DNA from: Tilletiaria anomala UBC 951
Taxonomy: Eukaryota
Assembly: GCF_000711695.1 (NCBI RefSeq)
Contig: NW_013547016.1
Coordinates: 186,001 to 250,000 of the forward strand
Reading direction: 5' to 3'
Length of the DNA: 64,000 nt
Positions within the stretch are counted from its first letter, which is position 1. Every line of letters starts with the position of its first letter. The notes under the pieces are model-generated. The model made no database searches, had not been told where the DNA came from, and saw only the letters and a program-made list of their open reading frames with translations. Positions 13,273 through 23,503 of this stretch are shown here, piece by piece. A program made the position numbers and the translations under genes.

Positions 13273-14673
13273 TCATGCTCGCCGGTTTCTTAGTTTGGCT
13301 AAGCGTGCAACAGGAGCATCGGTCCCATTTTCTCGTGACCAAACCTCTATGTCCGGGAGGCCAAGTTGCTCAATGATATATGCTTTGAATGCGCGAACTC
13401 ATGTGAGAGATGATCGGGAGGCTTCGCAGATTCTTTCGTACTTACAAGCTGATATCGAAGCGCAGTCTGCAGCCTCCTTCAGGAGCGCTTCATCGCTCCT
13501 CAGGCTCTCTCGGTTCTGCTTGGCGTATGCATTTGCCAAGATCGCACAGAACCCGCCGAGCCATCCATTGCCACCTCCCGTGACATCGACAACCCTTTCT
13601 TTCATCGCCTCTGTATGGTACGCTTGAGACCAGAAACCGGGTACCTGATACCCGCGGATATAGGAGCCAAGCTTGCCAGAACGAATGCATATGATCGGGT
13701 GAGCATGAGGTTGGCTCTCTTGCGCAAGACCTACAAAAACCTCCGCCAATTCTTCTATGATAGACCTTGCGTCTGCATCATCTCCTGGTGGATCCACGGC
13801 GAGCAAATTTGCAGCTTCTTCATGATTTGGGCTGAAAGTAGGTCAGAGGTCAGCATTTAATCGGTAAATGTAGTACAAGATGCAACTGGGATTGTGCGAA
13901 CCAACCTGAACACATGTAGACGAGGGAATAATTTAAGGCAGCCTCGCAGGTTCTCGTGCTAAACGAAAAGTCGGAAGGTTGATCAGTGCTCGCTTTGCGA
14001 CACAAGTAAAAGTTGATTCCACGTACGGTTGCACTATCAGGTATAGGCTCCCACACCAACAATGGCTGGCGAGACTGCAGGGAGAGAGAGCAGCCGTGGC
14101 CCGTGGCAACCAGCGAGTCGACCTTGTCCGAAATAGCTTCTGCGCGGTCAGGGCTGCAGACAAAATGAACGACTTCGGGAAGGCTGGCTTCGACAGAGTC
14201 TACGAAATCTTCTGGCTCAATCCGAAGCTTTGGGGTCAAGTACTCGAATCCCCGGTGTTGGCCTTGATAAATATTCACAGCCCTGGTCGTCCGCTGTGCT
14301 TCTCGTGTACGAAAAATCCACGGCCCCCGTGCTGCAGCGTCAGCTGCACGATCGCTGACATTCATATACGTTTCGAGCCTGCCTTGCCATTCGAGTTTCC
14401 AGTCCATTCCACGGTGAACGATCATCCTGAGTCGATCTGGTTCGATCCTAAGGAGTCTTGGCGTCAGTTGGTCCGTCATGCCATGGGTCGCTGAAAGTCA
14501 GCAACACACCAGGCTCGTGCGCCGACCATGGCGTATGAGCCCGCCCCGCCGATCTGCTCGCCATATCCGCGATCTTTCGGGTTTTCTGGGGTGCTGTCTT
14601 CTTGAAGAAATTCGAAGGTGTCAATAATGAACATACCGAGGGTCCCGACCCGCGGTGCCGGCAGTGACTGCAT
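13273..14673 (-). CDS. pfkB/ribokinase-family protein, Mak32-like
   Basis: GTLGMFIIDTF..IGGAGSYAMVGAR, LLVWEPIP, IRSGKLG, RVVDVTGGGNGWLGG, SYIIEQLGLP; several introns. Confidence 0.8.
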
Positions 14674-15075
14674 GGTGCTTCCAGCGCCGCTATGCACAGG
14701 GGCACGACCCGTGTTATCTTTGGAATACATCAAGTCCGTGAAAAGCGTAACAGGCTGTACCTTGTTGGAGGTAGCGAGCATGCAATGGGGGAAAGTGGGT
14801 GAGCAGAGACGTAACAATGTTTGCAGAGTACCATGGCTATCCGCGTCGTCGGAGGATGTGGTTCGGGCTGCGGCCGCTACCCGTCATCACAGCGACCATT
14901 TCCATTCAGGCTTCCGGAGAGTCCGGAAATGTGGATACAATGAGATGTATTTACAATCCCGCCTCTCCGTGACTTGCATAAGTTCCAATGGACGTGCTGA
15001 CCGGCAACTTCGAATCTTCTGCATGGAGATTGCTCGAGCTTGAAGACTTGGACTGGCCATATTCCAGAGGGAAAA

Positions 15076-15873
15076 TGGCGCTGCCACCAGGAGTAGGAGA
15101 ACTGCAAAAAGTTGTCACAGAACGATCCAGTCAGGGCGACCATCATGTATGGGATGATGCATGGTCTCAATCGCTGACGCCTTGGGACGCTCAAGAAGCA
15201 CAGCCAGGCCTACTGTGGGCTCTCAATTACCCTGAAATTGCCAAGCACTTGCCCAAAGGCGGAAAGGCGCTGGTTGCAGGCTGTGGAAGAGGCTATGATG
15301 CCGAGCAACTCGCAAAGGCTGGCTACTCGCCGTCGATCGGCGTCGACATCTCCCCTATAGCCGTCGCAAAGGCTAAGGAATGGTTCGCTGCCAAGGGAGA
15401 CCAGAGCGTGAAAAAGGCGGTGCAATTTTTCGAGGCGGATTTTTTCAAGTTAGGCACGTCGGAAGGCAACCTAGCGGTCGGAACGGATGTCACCGTTGCA
15501 TACGACTACACGTTCTTCTGCGCTTTACCGCCAAGCTTCAGGTCGATGTGGGCTGATATCTACTCCAAAGTAATTAAAGCGGACGGTGTGCTCATTTGCA
15601 TGGTATATCCCATCCACGGAGACCGTCCTGGCGGTCCACCGGTAAGTTTCAGAATGACTCCGCGGTCTGCGGAGCTCAACCACGCAAGTCCGACGATGAT
15701 GATCTAATGCTTTGTATGCTCTGATCTCGCATGTGCACCAGTACTCAGTCAGCCCGCAGATGTACAAAGACCTGCTTTCCTCGAACTTCGACCTCTTATG
15801 GGAAGGAGAGCCATTGGAACAGCAGGAACAGCGCAACAGAGTGCAGCAGATCCAGGTCTGGCAGAGAAGGTGA
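15076..15873 (+). CDS. SAM-dependent thiol/halide methyltransferase (TPMT/HOL-like)
   Basis: WDDAW...TPWD, ALVAGCGRGYD, GVDISP.A, ADFF, YDYTFFCALPP..R..WA, GGPP|YSVS; intron 15642-15741. Confidence 0.88.
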
Positions 15874-15944
15874 CAAGGCAAGGCATCATGTCTGCACGTA
15901 AGATACAGGGGGAATGTAATGGCAAAAATACAGTACGGTATAAT

Positions 15945-17258
15945 CTATTCTGCTTGCTCTCTTGCCAGGATTTCTGTTTCCAGTCTGCGCCTTTCTGCTT
16001 CGCGCAGCCGCATGAGAGTGATGCTCTCATAGCCATCGCCTAATTTACTAGCTGTTGCGCCAGCAGTGTTTGACGCATCTGATATGGAAAATGGTGAGAA
16101 TGAAAAGCTAGCCGTCGGTCTACTGGCTTTTGTTGCTGCCGCAGACACTTCAGATGCTGGTGCCTGTCCGCTCCCGCCATTCGTTAGCGGACTTGATAAT
16201 GGAACGCCGGCCAAATTCGGCAGTATGCCCTTCTCGCGCATCCATCGGATTCGAGCGGGCTCGTTAGCGGCATTCGGAAATCTGTCGCCGTTCTCGTCCG
16301 CGCCACCGCTGTTTGAACTACGGTTTCCCTTGCTTGTCGCCGAAGCCCATCCAATCCAGCAGTCTGCCAAGAGGCCGCGAGCGTTCAGTTGCTGGCCCGC
16401 GGAGACAGCCGCATAAGCTGCGTCGATGGTGGTAAACATAGCAGCAGCGGACATTTCTGACGCAAGCTTGCCGGTCTTCTTGCGCAGTTTTGGTGGATGG
16501 ATGGCTAGTGCTTCCAGTGGTCCAAATGAGGCTGACAGTGCTTGTCCCAACGGTGTCATATTTTTGAAATCGCTCTTTCCCAGGGAATCTGCGGACACAA
16601 GTTGCATAGGATCCGATAAGCCGGTCAAGTTGAACGATTGGTCTGTTGGGAACTTGACAACCACAGTGGTATCTAATGGTCCTATTGGCGGCTGCGAGAA
16701 AGCACTGTTTCCGTAATCTGTCGTCACCTCATCACCGCTCTTCTCCTGGACCTGGGTAGTCGGCGGAGGCACTGCGGCTAGCTGTGCGGGAGGATCACGC
16801 AATGCTTCATCACGTTTGCGCTGCGCTTCTTCCTTCAGCCGCTTGTTCTCCTCTTGGATCTGTTGCAACTTGCGAGCAAGATCCACTTCGGCTTGTGCTT
16901 GAGCTTTTCGGCGCCTACGATCTTCGTCCTCTCGCCTGTCCAGGTCATCAGCCGCGGCTTTGCGCTTGCCATCATAGGTTCCTCTCCGCGCTCGAGCAGC
17001 CGCGTCTTGTGCCGCTTGCTTTTCCGCCGCCTGGCGCTTCGAAGGATCACACAGGAGCTCATATGCCAGCTGAAGGCGATGAAATTCTGCCGAAGCTTGC
17101 ACAGAGTCTACATCCCTTCGCTTGTCTGGATGGAGCTTCAGTGACAATTTGCGGTAGGCTGATTTGACGTCCGTTTCGCTCGCGCCGACCTCAAGATTGA
17201 GCTGCGCGTACGCATCCTCCACGCCAATGGTGTTGGCGTCATGCTGTTCTGCGCCCAT
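15945..17258 (-). CDS. J-domain protein, Cwc23/DNAJC17-like splicing cofactor
   Basis: J domain (KSAYRKLSLKLHPDK), charged coil, degenerate RRM-like part, C-terminal YESITLMRLREAERRRL. Confidence 0.8.
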   Translation of the reverse strand: MGAEQHDANTIGVEDAYAQLNLEVGASETDVKSAYRKLSLKLHPDKRRDVDSVQASAEFHRLQLAYELLCDPSKRQAAEKQAAQDAAARARRGTYDGKRKAAADDLDRREDEDRRRRKAQAQAEVDLARKLQQIQEENKRLKEEAQRKRDEALRDPPAQLAAVPPPTTQVQEKSGDEVTTDYGNSAFSQPPIGPLDTTVVVKFPTDQSFNLTGLSDPMQLVSADSLGKSDFKNMTPLGQALSASFGPLEALAIHPPKLRKKTGKLASEMSAAAMFTTIDAAYAAVSAGQQLNARGLLADCWIGWASATSKGNRSSNSGGADENGDRFPNAANEPARIRWMREKGILPNLAGVPLSSPLTNGGSGQAPASEVSAAATKASRPTASFSFSPFSISDASNTAGATASKLGDGYESITLMRLREAERRRLETEILAREQAE

Positions 17259-17645
17259 GTCCAGACTCCTCCTGCCTTTGTGTGCAATGATACAACGCCA
17301 AATGAGCCCGACTGTGCGGGCCGGCGCCCTGTCGTGTACAGTAAGTTGCTCAGGCCACCTCGAGAATAGCTTAATGGAGAGTCTTGTCTAGCGAGAAGCT
17401 GCAGTCAATTAAAATGATGAATGAGGACCGTCAATTCATCGAGTGTAAAAGGTAGGGTTGTTTGCAAAGTCGGGAGGTTGGCTCAAGTATTGTCTAGCCC
17501 TCTGCAAAAGCTTGTATTAGCTCAACTCTTGTGCAGCTTCACGACCGATACTATGCTTGTTCGTTGCGTTGAAACTCATTACGGGCATTTCGTCACATTC
17601 ACGTAGAGGAGCTGGATTCAGGTGCTTAGAACTCCCTCCCGCACA

Positions 17646-19264
17646 ATGACCGTCGCAGTAGTTGGATTTCCTAGGCGCTCACTGCTCGAAACCGCTTGGA
17701 CCGCGTGTCGGCCAAGGGTCCATTCCCTCGCCTTACATTGTTGTTGTCCAGCTAATCAGCTCGCTGCAAGCTCTCTCAGGACCTTCAGGTCATCTCGGAA
17801 GGCTCCAAATGCGGGAATATCATGGTCAGAAGCGCTTTCGAAGGACCAAGACATTGGAAAGGTCATCTTTTCTGGCATCCAACCTACGGGTGTGCCTCAC
17901 GTGAGTATTGGGCTCGATCAATTCTAACGCATGCAAACTTGACATTGGAATGGGCGCTCTTCCGCCGAATCCAGCTAGGAAATTACTTAGGTGCTCTGAT
18001 GAATTGGGTAGATATGCAAAACGCCGCAGCACCCGAGGACACTCTGCTCTTTTCGAGTGTCGGCTTCCACGCTCTCACGATGCCTCAAGACCCAAATGTG
18101 CTCAGACGAGATCGACGAGATATGCTCGCTGCTCTGCTTGCAATAGGTATGGATCCTAAGCGATGCACAATATTCCAACAGGAAAATGTAAACCGTCGCA
18201 TATTTCACCGTGGAAAATGAGCATTTAAGCTAAGGCTAATTCTTGCTGTGCAGGTACCACAACATGCGGAACTCGCATGGATCTTCAACTGCATCACGTC
18301 CATTGGCAAGCTCCGACGCATCACTACTTGGAAGGTGCGTTGGTAATCATATTATTTCTTAGAAATTCACTGCTGAATTCACCGATGCGCCAGTCCAAAG
18401 TCGCCATCGCACGTCATGCCCAAAATGCAGCATCTGAAGCGGATGCCTCGACAAGTGAAGGAGAGCTTAATTTAGGACTTTTTGCATATCCAGTCCTCCA
18501 AGCAGCCGACATTCTCCTCTACAAGTGAGCTTTTTGATGTATTTGCCTAAGCATTCTCTACTCAACAACGCGACCCTTCGCTTCTTCGCAGGGCAACGCA
18601 TGTTCCTGTTGGAGAGGATCAGGTGCAACATTTAGAACTGTCCAGAGACATCGCACATGTGTTCAATCGGACGCATGGAACGAATCTCTTTCCAAGCCCA
18701 CAGCATATCATCAGTGAGACCACATCCTTGCTTCTCCTTGAATATCGGCTGATTTTCTGTGCAGCTCCTACTAAGCGTGTTCTCTCTCTTCGAGATCCGT
18801 CGCAAAAGATGTCAAAGTCTTCACCAGATCCCAACTCTCGCATTCTGCTCACAGATACGCCCCAGCAAGTAAGAAAGAAGCTCCAAAGAGCTGTGACGGA
18901 TGACGAACGTGTCCTGTCGTATGACCCGGATGCGAGACCCGGTGTGAGCAATCTGCTCGGCATCTTGGCGGCATTGCGCGTGCGTTCCAACTTTGCCCAG
19001 GGGCGCAACACTCCCGCGCTCAGCCCGGGAGACATTGCAGACGAGCTCAACAAGGCAAAAGGCGGAGCGGCTGGGGCAGGTACTCTGAAAGCGGAAGCAA
19101 CGGATGCAATTGTAGAAGCGCTGCAACCTATCCAGGCCGAATTGCAGCGTTTGGAGAAAGAGGATGGTTACTTGGATACGCTCGCAAGGGAAGGAGCGAA
19201 GAAAGCGGCGGAGATAGCAGAGCACACCATGTGCCAAGTTCGGCAATGCACTGGGCTAGCTTGA
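17646..19264 (+). CDS. MSW1: Mitochondrial tryptophanyl-tRNA synthetase
   Basis: Presequence-like N-terminus, IFSGIQPTGVPH|LGNYLGA, GLFAYPVLQAADILLY, VPVGEDQ.QHLEL, KMSKS; multiple introns. Confidence 0.93.
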
Positions 19265-19371
19265 GGCGGCAATCGATTCAATTTTGTTACAACGCTCAGT
19301 AATGTACAGATCGCAATAGCAAGCCCACGCTCTTTCCACAAAAAGATCAAGCCAAATTCGCCAAGTTCGGC

Positions 19372-20099
19372 TCAAGCCGTTGCGAAAATGAGCTTTTCGC
19401 CCAAATCCTTGACCTCTTGATGTACGCTTTCGTACTCTTCCGCGTACTCCTCCTTTACTGCAGCAGTTCCTTCCTTCTGCTTCTTGCTACCGCCGGGAAC
19501 GACCATGACGCAGGATGTAGGTCGCTTGGTGCTAGATGCTGCGCCAAGCGCATCCTTTGATGTGACAAAGATATACGGGTTCCCAGTATCCTCGCAAAGG
19601 ACAGGGATATGTGATAAGATGTCCACGGGTGAAATGTCGCCTGCAAGAATGACAAGACCCTTCTCCCCTTTCCGCAGTGCTTTGACCACTTCCTTGACGC
19701 CACGCTTGACGTGCCCTCGAGATTTGGACGCCTTCTTGATGGTCTTGAACACCTTCTTCGAAAGTTTCTTTTGGGCCAGAGGATCTGTAGGTGCATCATG
19801 TCAACTTCTCGTGGCATCAGTGGAAGAACGGATAGCCATGCGGACTCACGCGCTATCGGACTTAGGAGCCCTTCCTCGGCCTGTTTCTCCTCCCCGTCGA
19901 CGTCCATGATAATGCTCTTGTCGCCTTCCTCCAGGCCGTGTTCTTTTGCTTTCTTATCTTTCTTATCCTTCTTTTCTTTCTTCACTACCGGCAGCTCAGA
20001 TGTGGAGGCCCCTGCATCGACTGACATGGCAGAAGCAGTCGAAAGGTCTCCGGCACTGGTCTTGCTCTTCTTTTCCTTTTTGCTGTCTGACTTGCCCAT
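19372..20099 (-). CDS. NHP2: H/ACA snoRNP subunit Nhp2 (L7Ae family)
   Basis: LSPIA|PLA.KK, KRGVKEVVKALRKGEKGLVILAGDISPVDILSHIPVLCED, LGAASSTKRPTSCVM; Lys-rich N-terminal extension; one intron. Confidence 0.93.
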
Positions 20100-20991
20100 T
20101 TTTGCGAGTCGCGGACTGGGTGGTTATGGTGGAGCGGCAGTGGGTAAGCAGCAAATGACAGGATACTTGGCGCTTGAGTAGCTTCCAGTTCGATACCACT
20201 CTCAACTTTGCCATGTGTCTGAAGACCACAAAGGAACCATGACCAGCATAGCGCACGCTCTCTATCAGGATTCAAGTGAAGTGGAGGTTTTTCGCTATGT
20301 GCAGTGTGTTGTTGTGTTCCGCTCAGCTCTTTTCTGCGAGAGTGCGAGAATCTTTTTTATACACTTTCCCTTGCAGTTTTCTGTCACAGTTCAGCTTCAT
20401 CACTGTCTTGAAAGGTTTGCACTCTTCATCGCTGAGGATATCGCCGTGTGCAGGAAACTGGGGTCGATGATGGTATCCATCGTAGTCCCCTAGTTGCTTA
20501 GCAGCCAAGCACCATGCCGGTGAGCCCCGTGAGGGTAAAGATGTCGGAACAGCCCAACTTGAGGGCTTCTGCTTCTTGTCCAAGCTGTGCGTCCTAGATA
20601 CTCTCAAGCACACAGGTCAAAGGGAGCGTATCTCCTTAATAAGGTGAGTTTATGTTGTTCCTCGGATGTTCGAATGCAACGATGGAGTTGTTGCAGATGG
20701 AATGGGCCAGGCCATCTTCGAAGATTAAAAACTTGTTCCGCATACTTGATGCTCCGTGAGAGGCAAAAAAATATCTGAAATACCTGAGAGATCACAAGCT
20801 GGCAAGGAGTTCACTTTTGGAAGGGGAAGGGGGATGCGTTGACTCTTGCTCATCGCCATCTTGCTGACCTGACTTTCATCTGGTCCTATTTACAGATGTT
20901 CGCCAATCGAGCTCTTCAGGTTTAACGGTACCTACATCTATTTCTCTGCAAGAGTGAGTTTAAACAATGGGTGCGAGCTATCCGGCATCAC

Positions 20992-21071
20992 ATGATGGCG
21001 AGCACAATCTCGCATGGCAATCACAAACTAGAGTCGCGCGGTCTAGTTCGCGATAACTTCATACGCCCTGA
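20992..21071 (+). ncRNA. snR78: Box C/D snoRNA, snR78-like (25S Um2421, yeast numbering)
   Basis: C box ATGATGG at 20992; guide CAAACTAGAGTC (21024-21035) complementary to 25S GACUCUAGUUUG; D box CTGA at 21068; flanking stem CGGCATC/GATGCCG; D' box degenerate. Confidence 0.75.
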
Positions 21072-21274
21072 CCCCATCCATCGATGCCGCCGACGTTTGA
21101 GGCAGGCAAGCAAGAAATGTGTCACTAACACCTGACGCTTGCTAACAGGTCGGCCTCGGATGGCCGCGGGTTTTGACGCGCATGTTGACACCGGCGGACG
21201 AGCTCTTGAGGGCTGCGAATTGTACGGTTGTACCTTAAGGTGAGCGTCTATTTCCGATTCGAACGGATTTCGCT

Positions 21275-21354
21275 ATGATTACTTCAACGTTGCTCTACGG
21301 AGCTCCGCTGGAAATTACCGTCCGATTTAAACTTGAGGATATTTTCAAGGCTGA
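21275..21354 (+). ncRNA. snR77: Box C/D snoRNA, snR77-like (18S Um578, yeast numbering)
   Basis: C ATGATTA; guide GCTGGAAATTACCG (one extra A relative to 18S CGGUAAUUCCAGC); D' CCGA; C' TTGAGGA; D CTGA. The +5 rule lands on the U of GCGG-U-AAU. Confidence 0.7.
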
Positions 21355-21530
21355 TTAATGAGCTTCGCAAAACATCTGTGAACATGCAACACAGAAAATG
21401 GAAGCTGACTTCTGGTGTTCTTTTTGGTTTGCCAGAAATGCGTAGAACATATATGGCAGTCCCAGGCGACTTCGTATTTGGCGTGGTGATACTATAGAAG
21501 GTACGTTCGCAACTCCCCTCCATCCCTTTT

Positions 21531-21617
21531 GTGATGAGCATAAACAATCACGACGGTCTGCGGAATATCCGTGTCGAAATGGCCCGCTTCTAAACCCATT
21601 TTCGGGCATCACTCTGA
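21531..21617 (+). ncRNA. snR73: Box C/D snoRNA, snR73/U35-like (25S Cm2959, yeast numbering)
   Basis: C GTGATGA; guide TCACGACGGTCT complementary to 25S AGACCGUCGUGA; D' CGGA; D CTGA at 21614. The +5 rule lands on the first C of AGACCG. Confidence 0.85.
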
Positions 21618-21841
21618 CACGTCGAGACAAGCATATCTGCAGGAGCACGAAGAGCTGACCCTCAACTTGTCTTGCATGCAGCTTACCCTCTAACATTTAG
21701 CCTTTCATGCGCCGCGGAACAAGGTGAGTTCAAATTGATTTATGTAAGGGCATGTGCGGATGTTATTCCAGCCCGCTGTGTGTCCATGTAGTCACCTGCT
21801 ATGCAGAATGCAATCCTAGTTTGCTTCGTTATAGTCGACCC

Positions 21842-22843
21842 CTAGCAATCCCATCTTGGTTCTGGCGACTCTGGATCGATCTCTGGCAGTTCGACGGTAC
21901 CCACGTGCTTGTACGTGGGGTGGTCGTCGAAGAACTTCTTCCATGTCTCAATTTGCTGTGGCATCAGAGGATGGTGCACAGAGGTAAGCAGACCGCAAGG
22001 CGATCAAGGCCACGAGGAGCCGGCATTTCGGACTCACTTTGATCTGGTCCTCGTCCAAACCGCGCAAATCGTGTGTGCAATGGTACTTAAAGCATCCGGT
22101 GACGTACGCCCTGGAAGCATCGGTACCAGAGAAGAAGTGATAGCTGCCCCCAGGGCCATATGTTCGTTTATTGGCGCTGACGTCGTAGACGTTTCCGAGG
22201 ATGGCCAGGTAGATGGGTCGGTCCTCGTCTCGTCCGTTGTACAAGGCTAGCTCAGCGGGTGTGAATACTCGTAGTCGTTTCTGCTATATCAGGCGGGCAG
22301 TAGCACCGAAGGTGAGAGGTTGGTGCCAATCAGCAAGGTGCTGGTAATTTCACTCACGGAAAGGTAAGTCTTGCGCTGAACCCATTTGCCACGATACCCC
22401 CATATGGGATCTCCGGCAATAAATTGCCCTGCGGCCATGGAGAGAAGCAGGCCGACGACGCTCCATTTGAGCATGAGAAAGAATGCTTTCCCGACCGGCC
22501 CCAGTGGTTCCTGAGTGACCTTGCCCGTCTTGGGGTCCATCCTACCAGATTTAATCTGTTCCTCCTTCCAGCGCTGATGCACCATATATGCCTTGTTCGC
22601 TTTCTTTGCCGCCACCTTGCGCGTCGGATCTGATGGGTCGCAAACCGTGCCTAGGTCCTTCTTTAGCTTTTCGATCTCTTCGCTTGTTGCTGGAGAGCCA
22701 GGATCCCCCCAACCAGAGAAAGGCCGCTTGAGCAGGGCGGCCTCTCCTTCCTGTTGATGCTTTTCACGCGCCTCGGCGGCGGAATCTGCTGCATCGCCTT
22801 GTTCAACCGGAGCAGCGCCATTCGCTCGTGATGCGGGCAGCAT
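21842..22843 (-). CDS. Cytochrome b5-like heme/steroid-binding (MAPR family) membrane protein
   Basis: TM segment, FTPAELALYNG..RPIYLAILGNVYDVS..TYGPGGSYHFFSGTDASRAYVTGCF, WKKFF..H..YKHVG; two introns; start uncertain. Confidence 0.85.
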
Positions 22844-23503
22844 CTGCGGCAGTCTTTCGAGAGGGGCCGCAAATCTATGCCTGAGTTTCACCAGCGCTCT
22901 TCTATCGATGCAACCAGGAGCCAGCCTTGAAGAATGGTCTCAGATACTTGCGCGTGCTACTATCCTTTCATTGCTAAGCAGCGAGAGTCTGCCCGAGCGA
23001 GTTAAAGGTGCGATTGGTAACGCTAGCTAGTTCCAGCCGCCTGATGGCTGCGGTGGAGTCGGTCGAGATGAGCGAGAGTGGTGTTTGGTGAGGAAGGCTG
23101 CAACCCTAAGTCGGCAGAAATGCCCGCCCTTCGCCTTCGTGAGTGCATTCCGTGTTCCGAGCTCGTTGGCCCAATTTTTTGTTGACCTACAGGTTGTTAG
23201 CTTACGGAGAGATAGATGCAAGCTTTTGTCTTGGGCCTCGTTGGAGCTTGTGCTTTCGAGTTGCAGCAGGGCTCTATCAACTTCGCATCTTCCCCTATTT
23301 CGTGTTAACCACAAGCAAGAGTCAAGAAGCAAGACGCAAGTCCCAACAAGCAAGGGCTTCCCGTTCGGCCGCTTGTGTTTCACGCATCTGTCCAAAGCTC
23401 CATTTGCATCCTCCTTCATCCGTACTATCGACGACGGGAAATTCCTTGCAAGCAAGCAGCAAGAACGACTTGCAGCATCGCTGGAGAGAAGATTATCTGC
23501 AAT

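Larger units (their letters stand above)
20520..21806 (+). ncRNA. Spliced non-coding snoRNA host transcript (ends approximate)
   Basis: Series of introns 20644-20895, 20954-21148, 21240-21435, 21501-21642/21681 and possibly 21724-21806, most with branch-site motifs, separated by ~60-90 nt exons with no useful ORF. Confidence 0.75.

Noticed and set aside
15695..15724. C-box/D-box pair in the methyltransferase intron
   Set aside because: Boxes only ~20 nt apart, the CTGA is likely the branch site, and there is no guide
17414..17500. ATGATGA followed by CCGTCAATTC (10-nt complement of 18S GAAUUGACGG)
   Set aside because: No downstream CTGA D box at a suitable distance; the match lies in a local hairpin within a divergent promoter; probably chance
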